Part shown: positions 45,731 through 55,854 of the stretch, piece after piece | How positions within the stretch are numbered: position 1 is the first letter of the stretch | Layout: the number at the start of each line of letters is the position of its first letter | DNA from: an uncultured Acidimicrobiales bacterium | Lineage (GTDB): Bacteria > Actinomycetota > Acidimicrobiia > Acidimicrobiales > SZUA-35 | Assembly: GCA_963723995.1 (NCBI GenBank) | Contig: CAVRSZ010000001.1 | Coordinates: forward strand, 118,114-182,113 | Length of the DNA stretch: 64,000 bases | Reading direction: 5' to 3' | Program-made: the position numbers and the translations under genes | The notes under the pieces: model-generated | What the model was told of the DNA's origin: nothing | The model's input: the letters and a program-made list of their open reading frames with translations, nothing else | Database searches by the model: none

Positions 45731-45895
45731 GACCGTTGCTCCGACATAGTGTCAACTCCTTGGACCCCCACCGCGATCCTCGTTCCTTTCCGTGCAGTAT
45801 CTCATATTGCGAGTAGTAATCTCAATAGATAAGATCGCGCCGCAGGGGGTCCAATCCTCGGTGCAGATTGCGGGCCGGTTGAGGTTCGACCGGCT

Positions 45896-47350
45896 TTGAC
45901 TGCATCCGTCGAGCGAGCCCCGATCCCTCGCAGGAGGTCTCCGTTGGTTCTTTCTCGTGCCCACCAGTCGTCGGATTCCGCATCCCGACGAGTGATCGTG
46001 ATCGGCGGCGATGCGGCCGGGATGAGCGCTGCGGTTCGCGTTGCCCGCGATCCCGAGTCGGAGGTGATGGTCTACGAACGGGAGGACGTCGTGTCGTACG
46101 CGGCGTGCGGCATGCCGTACCACCTCGACGGTCGCATCCCCGACGCCGGCGCCCTGCTCGTTCGCAGCCCGGCAACGTTCCGTGAGAGTGGGGTGGCTTT
46201 GCGGCTCGGTGCCGAGGTCACCGCCATCGATCCTGAAGCCGGCACGTTGACCGGTCGTGACGTCGGCACGGGGGAAGAGTTCACCGACGTCTTCGACCGC
46301 GTGCTGATTGCCACCGGCTCCCGAGCCCTACGGCCTCCGGTCGAGGGGATCGACGCCCCCAACGTCTACGTGTTCCGACGCTACGTGGACATGATCGAGC
46401 TGGCCGGTTTCCTCAATGAACGCCGTCCGACGACCGTCACCGTGATCGGCGGCGGTTTCATCGGAATCGAGCTGGCCGAGGTGCTCACCGATCGAGGGCT
46501 GACCGTCACGCTCGTCGAGATGGCACCATCCCTGATGCCGGGTGCCCTCGACGCCGACATTGCCGAGCACCTGACGACCGAGCTCCGCCACCACGGCGTC
46601 GACGTCCATCTCGGCTGTCGCGTCGACACGCTCCACCTGGACGGTAAAGGATTGGCCGAAGCGGTTGAAATGTCGGGTCCGGATGGTGCCTCGACGACCT
46701 GGAGCACCGATCTGGTCGTGCTCGGTGCCGGCGTCGCCCCCAACGGCGAACTGGCCTCGGCTGCCGGGATCGAGGTCGACGGCCGGGGCGCCGTCGTGGT
46801 CGACGAACAGATGCGTACCAGCCACCCCCGCGTCTGGGCCGCCGGCGACTGCGCCACCACCTACCACCGCGTGACCGGCCTGACGGTGTGGGTACCGCTT
46901 GCCTTGGGTGCCAATCGGCAGGGTCGCATCGCCGGCCAGAACCTCGTCGGGGGCTCGGTGACATCGCCCGGCGTGCTCGGCACCTCGCTGGTCAAGGCAT
47001 TCGATCTCCATGTCGGCCGCACCGGCCTGACCGAGGCCGAAGCGACCGACGCCGGCTGTGACGCTGTCATCGATACCATCACCGCATCGGATCGGGCTCG
47101 CTACTATCCGGGCAGCGCCGACACCATCGTGAAGCTGGTTGCCGAGCGTACCACCGGCCGGGTGCTCGGGGGCCAGGTCGTCGGCCGTGATGGAGTGGCG
47201 GGCCGGACCAATGTCCTGGCCACTGCGCTTCACGCCGGGTTGAACGTGGCCGAGGTCGCCGACATGGACCTGGGCTACGCCCCACCCTTCTCCCAGGTCT
47301 GGGATCCGGTCCTGCTGGCTGCGTCGGAGCTCCTCAAGAAAGTGGGCTGA
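45896..47350 (+). CDS. FAD-dependent pyridine-nucleotide disulfide oxidoreductase, CoA-disulfide reductase/NADH-oxidase subgroup
   Basis: RVIVIGGDAAGMSAAVRVAR...VVSYAACGMPYHL (single redox Cys), VTVIGGGFIGIELAE, ..AAGDCA. The start codon is uncertain. Confidence 0.8.
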   Translation: MTASVERAPIPRRRSPLVLSRAHQSSDSASRRVIVIGGDAAGMSAAVRVARDPESEVMVYEREDVVSYAACGMPYHLDGRIPDAGALLVRSPATFRESGVALRLGAEVTAIDPEAGTLTGRDVGTGEEFTDVFDRVLIATGSRALRPPVEGIDAPNVYVFRRYVDMIELAGFLNERRPTTVTVIGGGFIGIELAEVLTDRGLTVTLVEMAPSLMPGALDADIAEHLTTELRHHGVDVHLGCRVDTLHLDGKGLAEAVEMSGPDGASTTWSTDLVVLGAGVAPNGELASAAGIEVDGRGAVVVDEQMRTSHPRVWAAGDCATTYHRVTGLTVWVPLALGANRQGRIAGQNLVGGSVTSPGVLGTSLVKAFDLHVGRTGLTEAEATDAGCDAVIDTITASDRARYYPGSADTIVKLVAERTTGRVLGGQVVGRDGVAGRTNVLATALHAGLNVAEVADMDLGYAPPFSQVWDPVLLAASELLKKVG

Positions 47351-47522
47351 CCTGGCCCTCCACAGTATGTCCCTTCCCCCAACACTGCGGGGGAGCAAGG
47401 CGACGGCTGCCGGGAGCGGAGAGCATCCGCCGTTGCCGGTTCCAACCGGCTAGTCTTGTCGCCAGTGAGCAACGCTGGTGCCGGTGTGAGTTGAGCGATC
47501 GGCTCGAACTCGGACGCGGCCT

Positions 47523-50083
47523 GTGACCACCACCGACCGCCAAACCGGCGAGACCACCGGCACGCTCGGGACGTTCGGCGGCGTGTTCACGCCCGAGCAT
47601 CCTCACCATCCTCGGGCTCGTCCTCTTCCTGCGCGTGGCCTACGTCGTCGGGTCGGTCGGCCTGGGCCAGGCGCTGGTCATTCTGGCCCTGGCGACCGCG
47701 GTCTCTGTGCTGACCAGCATCTCGCTGGCAGTGGTGGCCACCAACCTGCGGGTCAGAGGAGGAGGGGAGTATTTCCTCATCTCCCGGACTCTCGGCATCG
47801 AGTTCGGTGGTGCCGTCGGGGTCGTGCTGTACCTGGCGATCTCCGTCTCGATCGCCTTCTACGCAATCGGTTTCGCCGAAGCGGTGGTCAACGCGCTCGA
47901 CCGCGACAGCCCGGTACTGATCCAGCTGGTCGCAGCCGGCGTGGTGTTGCTGCTCACCGGCGTGGGCTTCGTCGGTGCCGATCTGGCCACCCGACTCCAG
48001 TACCTCGTCATGGTGTTGCTGATAGTGGCCCTGGCGTCCTTCTTCATGGGTGCCATCGGTCAGTTCAGCACCGATCAGCTGGTCGACAATTTCGGCAAGC
48101 CCGACTCCGGGGTCGGCTTCTGGGAAGCCTTCGCCATCTTCTTCCCGGCGGTGACCGGCTTCAGCCAGGGCGTGGCCATGAGCGGCGACCTGAAGACACC
48201 CAGCCGATCCATCACCCGGGGCACGCTCGCCGCCGTCGGGCTGTCGACCGCGGTCTACCTCGGCGTGGTTCTTGTACTGGCCGGCAGTGCCCGGGCGTCG
48301 GTGCTGGTGGAGGAAACGACCTCGATCATGGGTGAGCTGTCGCTGGCCGGGTGGACGATGCTGGTGGGTGTGCTCGCCGCCACCCTGTCCTCGGCCCTGG
48401 CGTCGACACTTGGCGGTCCTCGGGTGCTCCAGCGACTGGGGGAGGATCGAGTACTGCCCCGCCTCGAGCTCTTCGCCGTGGGCGCCGGTGCCGGCAACAA
48501 CCCGCGACGGGCCCTTGCCCTCTGCACGGTCATCGCCCTGGCCACCATCGCCGCCGGCGATCTCAACGCCGTCGCCCCAGTGATCTCGATGTTCTTCCTG
48601 GCCAGCTACGGAATGATCAACTACGCCACCTACTACGAGTTCCGGGCCGGGAGCACCTCTTTCCGCCCCAGGTTCCGATGGGGCGACCATCGGGCGAGCC
48701 TGGCCGGCACCGTCGCCTGCGGGGGTGCGATCGTTGCCATCAACCCATTGGCCGGAACCCTGGCCGCCCTTGTTCTGCTCGGCCTCTACAGCTATCTGCG
48801 CCAGCGCGACGTTCCCGATCGATGGGTTGACAGCGCAGGATCACACCACTACACCCGGGCCCGCCGGCATCTCCACTCGTTGGCCGTCGAGCCCATGGGG
48901 GTACGTGATTGGCGGCCTTGCATCCTTGCGTTTGTGCCCCGTGATCCAACCAACCGACTCAGGATGATCACCGTCGCCTCCTGGCTCGAGGGTGATTCCG
49001 GGTTCCTCACCGCAGTCCGGATCCTGGAGGGCTCGGGACCGATAGGGCGCCGGCAGGCACGCGAGATCGAGGAGGATCTGGGTGCCGAGGTCGACGCCAT
49101 CGCCGAAGGCGCCTTCGCACGGGTGTTGCTGGTGGCTGACGACGAGGTCGGCGTTCAGACTCTTGTCCAGGCTCACGGCATCGGCGACGTGCGGGCAAAT
49201 CTCACGGTGTTCGGCGTACGCGACCTGCGAGGCGACGAAGCCGATCGGCAGACCTACGGATCGATGTTGCAGAACTGCGTGCGCTTCGGCACCAACGTCG
49301 CCGTCATCAATGTGCGCGATGACGCTTGGGAGCGTTTCACAACCACACCGAGAGAGAAGCGGTCGATCGCACTGTGGTGGTCTGACGACCAGGTGGGTCA
49401 GCTCATCACCCTGCTTGGCTGGCTCTGTCAGCGACATCGGGACTGGGACGGTTCATCCATCGTGGTGTACGTGCCCGCCAGCGATGATCTGAACGAGACG
49501 GCAGCGCGTGGCCAAGCTGCTGGAGGACGCCCGGATCAAGGCCGAGGTGATCGCCGTCGACGGGACGCCTGCTGCCTTCTCTGCCGCACTGGGCGGAGCC
49601 ACCTTGGCGTTGGCTCCGCTGCGAGTGCGTCGCGGGAACGCCATCGGCCCATTCGAGACACCCCTCGGGATGCTGGTGGAGAGTCTCCCCCTGGCGGTGA
49701 TGATCCTGGCCACGGAGACCCTCGACCTTGACGCCGAGCCGGACGAGAGCAATCTCGCCGAGCTGGCGCGGGCCGCCGATCGGGCCAAGGCGTCCGCCAA
49801 GTGGGTGGCCGAGCTCGACCAGGAGGCGGCCCGCCTTCTCGTCGAGGCGGAGTCGCTGCGGGTGCGGCTCTATGGTGATGAACTGGAGCCCGGCACCCGG
49901 TCCGAACTCGAGCATCAGCTAACGGAGGTTGAGGCAGCGGCGGCGAAGGCCTATCGCAAGTACGTCGACGCCCGATCCCGCAGCGCCGTGCTCGAGGCCA
50001 GGGTGGCCGAGTTGGAGTCGGCCGGCGGTGCCGGGCGAGCCGACCCCGACATCTGGCGTAGCTCATCGCGCGCCACCAGCTGA
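47523..50083 (+). pseudogene. APC-superfamily (SLC12/cation-chloride-cotransporter-like) permease with two frameshifts
   Basis: The N-terminus GTLGTFGGVFTP is in frame 47523, and SILTILGLVLFLRVAYVVGS.. continues in frame 47635 (shift at CCC 47592-47594). The C-terminal cytoplasmic domain VAKLLEDARIKAEVIAVDG... is in frame 49508 (shift near 49505). Confidence 0.7.
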
Positions 50084-50115
50084 CCTTCCACGGCGCGCCG
50101 GCGGTCCGGTCGCGT

Positions 50116-50820
50116 TCAGGGGCGAAGGACGGCTTGGGCTGTATGGCCGGGTGCGGCCGTTGTCCCGGCGAGAATGGTCCCGTCGGCCGCCCAGATGGCG
50201 GAGTGGCCTGCTGCATCGGGATGGGTCGGTCCGGCGTAGCCGGCTGCACTGGCAAAGGCGACCGGGATCGAACCCCGTTCGGTGATCCGGGCTGCGCGAC
50301 GGCCGAGCTCGTGGAGCTCGTCGGCATGATGCACGAGTCCGGCGACGTACAGGTCGATGCCGAGATCGAGGGTGGCATCGATGTGCTCGTCGATGCCTGT
50401 GTCCTTGCAGACGCCGACACCAATCCGCCAACCGTCCACGGTGATGAGTCTCGGTCCGTCTCCGGCGACGAAGCGTAGAGCCTCGTCCGCACCAAGGAAG
50501 GTTTTGCAGTAGGCGACCCTGACACCTCCCTCCGTCACGCTCAGCGTGGCGATGTAGTCCGCGCCCGACAATCGCACCGGGGCGCCGATCAGGGCGATAG
50601 TGTGGCGATCGGCGCAGGCCCCCACCAGAGGCGCGAACACATCGGCTGTGACGTCGAGAGCGGGGGAGTCCAGGACATAACCCGAAATGGACAGCTCCGG
50701 AAAGACGACCAGGCGAGCGTCTGCATCTCCCACGACATCACGGTGGGCAACCACGTTTGCCGCAACATCACCGGGCACGCACACGGGCTGAGCGACCGCG
50801 ATCTCGAGTGGCTGGAGCAT
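50116..50820 (-). CDS. carbon-nitrogen hydrolase (nitrilase superfamily) protein
   Basis: MLQPLEIAVAQPV...ARLVVFPELSISGY...AYCKTFL...RIGVGVCKDTG, a Glu-Lys-Cys triad pattern. Confidence 0.8.
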   Translation of the reverse strand: MLQPLEIAVAQPVCVPGDVAANVVAHRDVVGDADARLVVFPELSISGYVLDSPALDVTADVFAPLVGACADRHTIALIGAPVRLSGADYIATLSVTEGGVRVAYCKTFLGADEALRFVAGDGPRLITVDGWRIGVGVCKDTGIDEHIDATLDLGIDLYVAGLVHHADELHELGRRAARITERGSIPVAFASAAGYAGPTHPDAAGHSAIWAADGTILAGTTAAPGHTAQAVLRP

Positions 50821-51099
50821 GTGATGACCATGGTACTGCCGTGCGTTGGCTGGTTCATTGCGGCTCTTGACGGGTGGTCGACGTCGTGGGGCGACTGCGC
50901 CGCGTCGGCTTTTGCAGGTAGCGGCGAAGTCGTTGAGGACGCTGTACCGAGCGACAAGGTCGGACCGGTTCACGTTGGCGCCGGTGGTGCAATTGTTCGT
51001 GATCCCCCAAATCGGCGGAGCCCGCCGGGCACTCACAACGGTGAGTGCCCGGAACCCGCTCCTGGTGATTCTCGCCGTCGTGTTGGAGGCGATTTGATG

Positions 51100-51660
51100 A
51101 ACACCGGATAGGCGGCGAGTAGGACCGAACCGGTCCGTCGGTCGAGATCCCGGCCACGACGGCGTCGGTGATACCCCTACGGCTCGCCGACCAGGCCAGC
51201 ACGACCAACTCGAATGCCGTGGCGAATCCCACAACGACAAGTCCGAGCCTGGTCGGGGTCTCTTCGACCCCCGGAGATGCGCCGCACCCCTTCGACCAGG
51301 GCAATCGACCCGGCGGTCAGCATGCACAGGCCGATGAGGACGAGGACCAACTCACGACCAATCGGGCCGACATGGTCACGTTCCTCGTCCAGTTCCGCGG
51401 TCTCGCCCAGCGCCGGGGCCGTCGCTCGGCCCGCCACCCCGGCAGCAGCCAATCCACCAGTTTCGTAGCGTCGAATACGCGGCCCGAAGGGCATCACCGT
51501 CACCGTGGCACCGACACCGAGGGCCACCGTCGTGATGGCCGCATTGGCTCCGATCACGTCTCGGAAGGCCACTCCGTCGACACCGCGCCCGGAGGCGGTG
51601 ATGACCGTGGCCGACTCCTCGGGCTCGGCGCCGGCCAGCAACAGGGCAAGGGTAAAGCCC
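51100..51660 (-). pseudogene. remnant of a Ca2+/Na+ antiporter (YrbG/NCX-type), frameshifted and 5'-truncated
   Basis: ..VIGANAAITTVALGVGATV...RELVLVLIGLCMLTAGSIALVEGVRRISGG is in one frame. ..EETPTRLGLVVVGFATAFELVVLAWSASRRGITDAVVAGI (alpha-repeat-like) is in another. Confidence 0.45.
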
Positions 51661-51671
51661 GGCAGCCCTGG

Positions 51672-52106
51672 TCAGACTCTGCGCGAATAGGCGATCTCCC
51701 AGTTGACCGTCCAGCTCGCACCGTCGGGTGAGGATTCCCATCGCCAGTGAAATGCATCATTGGTGATGTCGGTGAACACCATACGCTTGAAGACCTGCTC
51801 CTCATCGACCGGACCTGGGGTGCCGAAGCTCGGGTTCCCGTCGACAACAGAGCCCTCGAAGTGCCAATACGAACCCGACTCGTCGACCCAGGTCTGGAAC
51901 CAGGTGTCGCTGTGCTGGTGGAACACCGACATGCTCGTACCGGACCACGAGCGTGGCCGGTCGACGGTGAATCGTTCACGCAGCACCTTGTCGCCCATCT
52001 CCCGGGTGATGCGGTTGACGGCGTGTCCCCCCTCGAAGTTGCAGTCCCATTCCCCGAGCCAGAAGTCGAATGTGTCAGGACCCAACGAACTGATGGCCCG
52101 AAGCAT
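51672..52106 (-). CDS. hypothetical protein (DUF1579-like)
   Basis: FDFWLGEWDCNFEGG...FHQHSDTWFQTWVDESGSYWHFEG...WRWESSPDGASW. The family assignment is from memory only. Confidence 0.5.
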   Translation of the reverse strand: MLRAISSLGPDTFDFWLGEWDCNFEGGHAVNRITREMGDKVLRERFTVDRPRSWSGTSMSVFHQHSDTWFQTWVDESGSYWHFEGSVVDGNPSFGTPGPVDEEQVFKRMVFTDITNDAFHWRWESSPDGASWTVNWEIAYSRRV

Positions 52107-52173
52107 AGCCGGGGAGGTCGGTCCTATTTATGATCGCGTGCTTATATAATCGAAAACGTATACCATCGGGGCG

Positions 52174-52539
52174 GTGAATGCATTCGAGGTGCTGGGTGAT
52201 CCGATCCGTCGGCGACTGATCGAGCTACTGGCCGGCGGCGAGACCACGGCCGGCGACCTGACCAAGGTGGTGATGGCGGAGTTCGGCGTGACACAGCCGG
52301 CCGTGTCACGGCACCTGCGCATTCTGCGCCAGAGCGGGTTCGCCGACGCTCGTCCCCAAGGCTCCCGGCGCCTGTATTCGATCCGGTCGGAGCCGTTCAG
52401 CGAGATCGAGCAGTGGCTTGACCGGCACGGTCGGTTCTGGAATCAGGCGCTCGACGCACTGGAGACCGAACTGGTGCGGGGCCGACGACCCAAACCGGCG
52501 ACGATACCGGAAACGATCAGTCAGGAGTCCAAGAAATGA
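52174..52539 (+). CDS. ArsR/SmtB family transcriptional regulator
   Basis: FEVLGDPIRRRLIELLAGGETTAGDLTKVVMAEFGVTQPAVSRHLRILRQSGF. Confidence 0.85.
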   Translation: MNAFEVLGDPIRRRLIELLAGGETTAGDLTKVVMAEFGVTQPAVSRHLRILRQSGFADARPQGSRRLYSIRSEPFSEIEQWLDRHGRFWNQALDALETELVRGRRPKPATIPETISQESKK

Positions 52540-53654
52540 GCGAGATCATGACACCATCGAGCGGATCCCTGATCGCATCGGTGTTCACCGACCCCGACGG
52601 CGCAACCGTGCGTCTGAGTCGCCGGCTGAACGCCACGGTTGACGATGTATGGTCGGCCATTACCGAACCGGAGCGGGTCACCCGTTGGCTGGCGCCCACC
52701 ACCCGACTGGGGTCGGCTGAACTCGGCGTCGGCTTCACCATCGACTTCGGCCAGGGAGGAGTCATCGCAGGTCGAGTAACGGCGTGTGAGGCATCCACGC
52801 GTCTCGAGGTGACCTGGACGCTCGACGGCGACATCGACTCCGAGATAGCCGTCGACCTTCGACCCGAGGGCGACGGATGCGAGCTGGTGCTGGTGCATCG
52901 GCGGCTCCCGGGGTCCATGGCCCACGGGTACACCGCTGGTTGGCACGCCTACACGGCCCGGTTGGGGGCCGAGGTCGAGGGCGGTCCGTTTCCCGACTGG
53001 TCATCGATCTTCGACGACATCCTGCCCGCCTACCAGCGTGCCTTCCCCCATGCCTCGGCTCAACCGACGGGTCATCTGGTCGGCACCACAGACAAGCCGG
53101 TGATCGTCATCGAGCGGGAATTCTCGGCCAGTGCTGCCGACGTGTGGTCGGCCTGGACCGAACCCGATCGACTGGCCCGCTGGCTGGGTGCGGTCGACGG
53201 TTCCATGGCCCGAGCCGGCGCCGTCGTACGGATCGCCATGTCGCAGACCGAGCTGCCGGCCGATCCGGCGGCGGCCGACAACCCCGCCACCTTCACTGTG
53301 CACGAGGCACAGCCGCCGACCGCCGAAAACGAGGGTCGACTGACCTTCACCTTCGAGGACGCCGCCGATCCCGGTGGTGTGGTGACCGTGTTGGTGCAAC
53401 CCGTGAGTGCCGATCGCTGCCGGCTCCGCCTACAACATGCGCTGGCCCCGGTGGCAACAGCCCTCGAGTACTCGTCGACCTTCGGGGCCGGCTGGGAGGG
53501 ATTCCTGGACTGGCTCGAGGACGCTCTTGACGGGCGCCAGTTGGGCCCCGACGGGTACGAGCCGCTGGTTCGGTACTACGAACGGGAGCGAAACCGTTTG
53601 GTACGGGCCTCGGGCGCGACTTCGGGCGACCATGCAGGTACGGTCCGAGAGTAG
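52536..53654 (+). CDS. tandem SRPBCC (Aha1/BPI-like START-fold) domain protein
   Basis: Two repeats of ..A.VDDVWSAITEPERVTRWL.. and ..ADVWSAWTEPDRLARWL... A 4-nt overlap with arsR is the classical ArsR-SRPBCC pairing. Confidence 0.75.
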   Translation: MSEIMTPSSGSLIASVFTDPDGATVRLSRRLNATVDDVWSAITEPERVTRWLAPTTRLGSAELGVGFTIDFGQGGVIAGRVTACEASTRLEVTWTLDGDIDSEIAVDLRPEGDGCELVLVHRRLPGSMAHGYTAGWHAYTARLGAEVEGGPFPDWSSIFDDILPAYQRAFPHASAQPTGHLVGTTDKPVIVIEREFSASAADVWSAWTEPDRLARWLGAVDGSMARAGAVVRIAMSQTELPADPAAADNPATFTVHEAQPPTAENEGRLTFTFEDAADPGGVVTVLVQPVSADRCRLRLQHALAPVATALEYSSTFGAGWEGFLDWLEDALDGRQLGPDGYEPLVRYYERERNRLVRASGATSGDHAGTVRE

Positions 53655-53690
53655 GGATGACGAGGCGTCAACCGCGACGGAGCCTTCAGG

Positions 53691-54524
53691 ATGACGACAC
53701 CCGATGAACCGGCAGCGATCACATACGCCGCCACTCGTTCGCCACGGCCTACGGCGATGTGGCGCCAGGTCGCCGTGCCCTCCGAGCACGGTGGCTGGAG
53801 TCTGACCGCCGAGCCGGTGCTGCTTGGGTTGTTGGTGGCCTGGTCGTGGCCGGGGTTCGCCTTGGGTCTGGCGGCCATGGTGGCTTTCGTGGCCCGCACT
53901 CCGCTGAAGGTGGTGCTGGTCGATGGCTGGCGGAAACGATGGCTCGATCGCACCCGTGTCGCCGCCGGCATCGTCACCGTTGAGCTGGTCCTGATCGGTC
54001 TGCTTGCCCTCTGGGCGGCGAGCCGAGCGGAGAGCGGCCGGTTCTGGGTGCCGCTTGCTGTGGCCGCGCCGCTGGTCGGGGTGGAGCTGTGGTTCGACAT
54101 GCGGTCCAGGAGCCGTCGGCTGGTACCGGAGTTGGCGGGTACGATCGGCATCGGCTCGGTTGTGGCCGCCATTGTCCTCGTCGCCGTCCGACCGGCGGCG
54201 TTGGCCATTGGTTTGTGGGTCGTCGTCTCCGCCCGGGCCGTGGCCGCCATCCCCTACGCCCGGGCTCAGGTATTCCGAGTGCACAACCGGCCCATCCGGC
54301 TTTGGCACAGTGATCTGGCTCAACTCATCGCGGTGGCTGCGGTGACCGTGGCCTGGGCACTTGACGCCATTCCCCTTGCACCGGTCCTGACGGTGGCGGC
54401 GTTGGCCGCCTTCAACGTGGTGGCAGTGAGAGCGTCGGTTCGCCGGGTAGTCGTGATCGGGCTGGAGCAGGTGGCATCCGGTCTGGCCGTGGTCGCCGTC
54501 ACCGCGATTTCCGTACTCGCCTGA
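53691..54524 (+). CDS. YwiC-like integral membrane protein
   Basis: SEHGGWSLTAEPVLLGLLVAWSWPG.., followed by about 8 hydrophobic helices. Confidence 0.55.
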   Translation: MTTPDEPAAITYAATRSPRPTAMWRQVAVPSEHGGWSLTAEPVLLGLLVAWSWPGFALGLAAMVAFVARTPLKVVLVDGWRKRWLDRTRVAAGIVTVELVLIGLLALWAASRAESGRFWVPLAVAAPLVGVELWFDMRSRSRRLVPELAGTIGIGSVVAAIVLVAVRPAALAIGLWVVVSARAVAAIPYARAQVFRVHNRPIRLWHSDLAQLIAVAAVTVAWALDAIPLAPVLTVAALAAFNVVAVRASVRRVVVIGLEQVASGLAVVAVTAISVLA

Positions 54525-54636
54525 ACGATCCCCGACGGGGTCGGACGGGAGACATCGGAGCACCTCGGGTCGACGAGTTGGACCACATCACCGTCGGGCC
54601 GTCACGGTGGACTGAACCGATCCCCGATGCCATCAT

Positions 54637-55038
54637 GTGTCGATGACGGTGTGGCCCCAGTTCATGCTCGTCGTCGACGATGTACAGCGGTCTCGTCACT
54701 TCTACTGCGATGTGTTCGGGCTGGAGAGCGGTCACGGGGGTGACGAGTACGAGCAGCTCTATCAGGACGGCGAGCTGGTCCTGCAGCTACACGACCACGA
54801 GATCGACGACCATCACGGTCCGTTGGCCGACCCGCTACTGCCCTATGGCAACGGAGTGCTGGTCTGGTTCGAGGTCACGGACTTCGATGGCGCCGTTCGG
54901 CGGGCTCGGAACAGAGGGGCCGAGGTGGTTCGCGATGTCGAGGTCAATCCCAATGCCAAACAGCGGGAATTCTGGATCCGGGATCCCGACGGCTACCTGG
55001 TCGTGGTGGCCGGTGAAAGCGAGTACCGGCCCCGCTGA
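54637..55038 (+). CDS. VOC/glyoxalase-fold protein
   Basis: MLVVDDVQRSRHFYCDVFGLE...REFWIRDPDGYLVVV. Confidence 0.75.
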   Translation: MSMTVWPQFMLVVDDVQRSRHFYCDVFGLESGHGGDEYEQLYQDGELVLQLHDHEIDDHHGPLADPLLPYGNGVLVWFEVTDFDGAVRRARNRGAEVVRDVEVNPNAKQREFWIRDPDGYLVVVAGESEYRPR

Positions 55039-55044
55039 GCTCAC

Positions 55045-55854
55045 TCAGACACCACGATCTGTCGCCGAACGATTGGCGACGGCCGGGAGCACCACCAGGT
55101 GGCCGTCGATCTCCTTCACTGCGAGTGGTGTGTCGTAGGTCGCGCTCAGGATTTCGGCGTCGAGGGTGTGATCCGGCGAACCGTCCGCCACGATGCGACC
55201 CTGATGGAGCAAGACCAGTCGGTCGGCGAATCGGGCCGCCGTGGTCAGATCGTGCATGACGGCGATGACCGTCAGGCCGTCGGCGCTTCGCAGTTCGTGG
55301 ACCAGTTCCAATACCCCGGTCTGATGGCCGATATCGAGGGCGCTTGTTGGTTCGTCAAGCAGGAGAATCGGTGCCTCCTGGGCCAGGGCCCGGGCGATGA
55401 CCACCCGCTGGGTCTCGCCCCCCGACAGGGCCGACATCGGTCGCCCGGCGAATGGCGACAGATCGAGCCGGCGCAGCACATCGGCCACCACCGTTCGGTC
55501 TCTCCTTGATTCCTGGGCCAGCCAGCCGAGATGAGCGGTCCGACCGATCAGCACATACTCCGAAACCGTCATCTCGGCCGGGATCACGGGAATCTGGGGG
55601 ACAACGGCCACGTCGGCGGCGGCCGGTCGTCCCCCCGTGTCCAACATGACGTCTCCACTATGAGCGACGAGTCCTGCGATGGCCCTCAGCAACGTCGATT
55701 TACCGGCGCCGTTGGGACCGATGACGCCCAGCCATTGCCCGGTCTCCACGTTCAGGTCGAGCTGGTCGAGGACCAGACGACCACCGAGTTCGACCGTGAG
55801 TCCACGACAGCCGATGGCGACCGGGGCAACACTGCGCGCAGTGGTACCGGTCAT
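55045..55854 (-). CDS. ABC transporter ATP-binding protein (FecE/BtuD-type)
   Basis: Walker A GPNGAGKST, signature LSGGETQR, Walker B ILLLDEPTSALD. ATGA overlap with the permease gene. Confidence 0.85.
   Translation of the reverse strand: MTGTTARSVAPVAIGCRGLTVELGGRLVLDQLDLNVETGQWLGVIGPNGAGKSTLLRAIAGLVAHSGDVMLDTGGRPAAADVAVVPQIPVIPAEMTVSEYVLIGRTAHLGWLAQESRRDRTVVADVLRRLDLSPFAGRPMSALSGGETQRVVIARALAQEAPILLLDEPTSALDIGHQTGVLELVHELRSADGLTVIAVMHDLTTAARFADRLVLLHQGRIVADGSPDHTLDAEILSATYDTPLAVKEIDGHLVVLPAVANRSATDRGV

Noticed and set aside
47351-47522. Possible riboswitch (for example ydaO/c-di-AMP type) in the 170-nt leader of the APC/SLC12-like permease.
   Set aside because: I could not match any recalled aptamer consensus. 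Only generic GC-rich hairpins are present.
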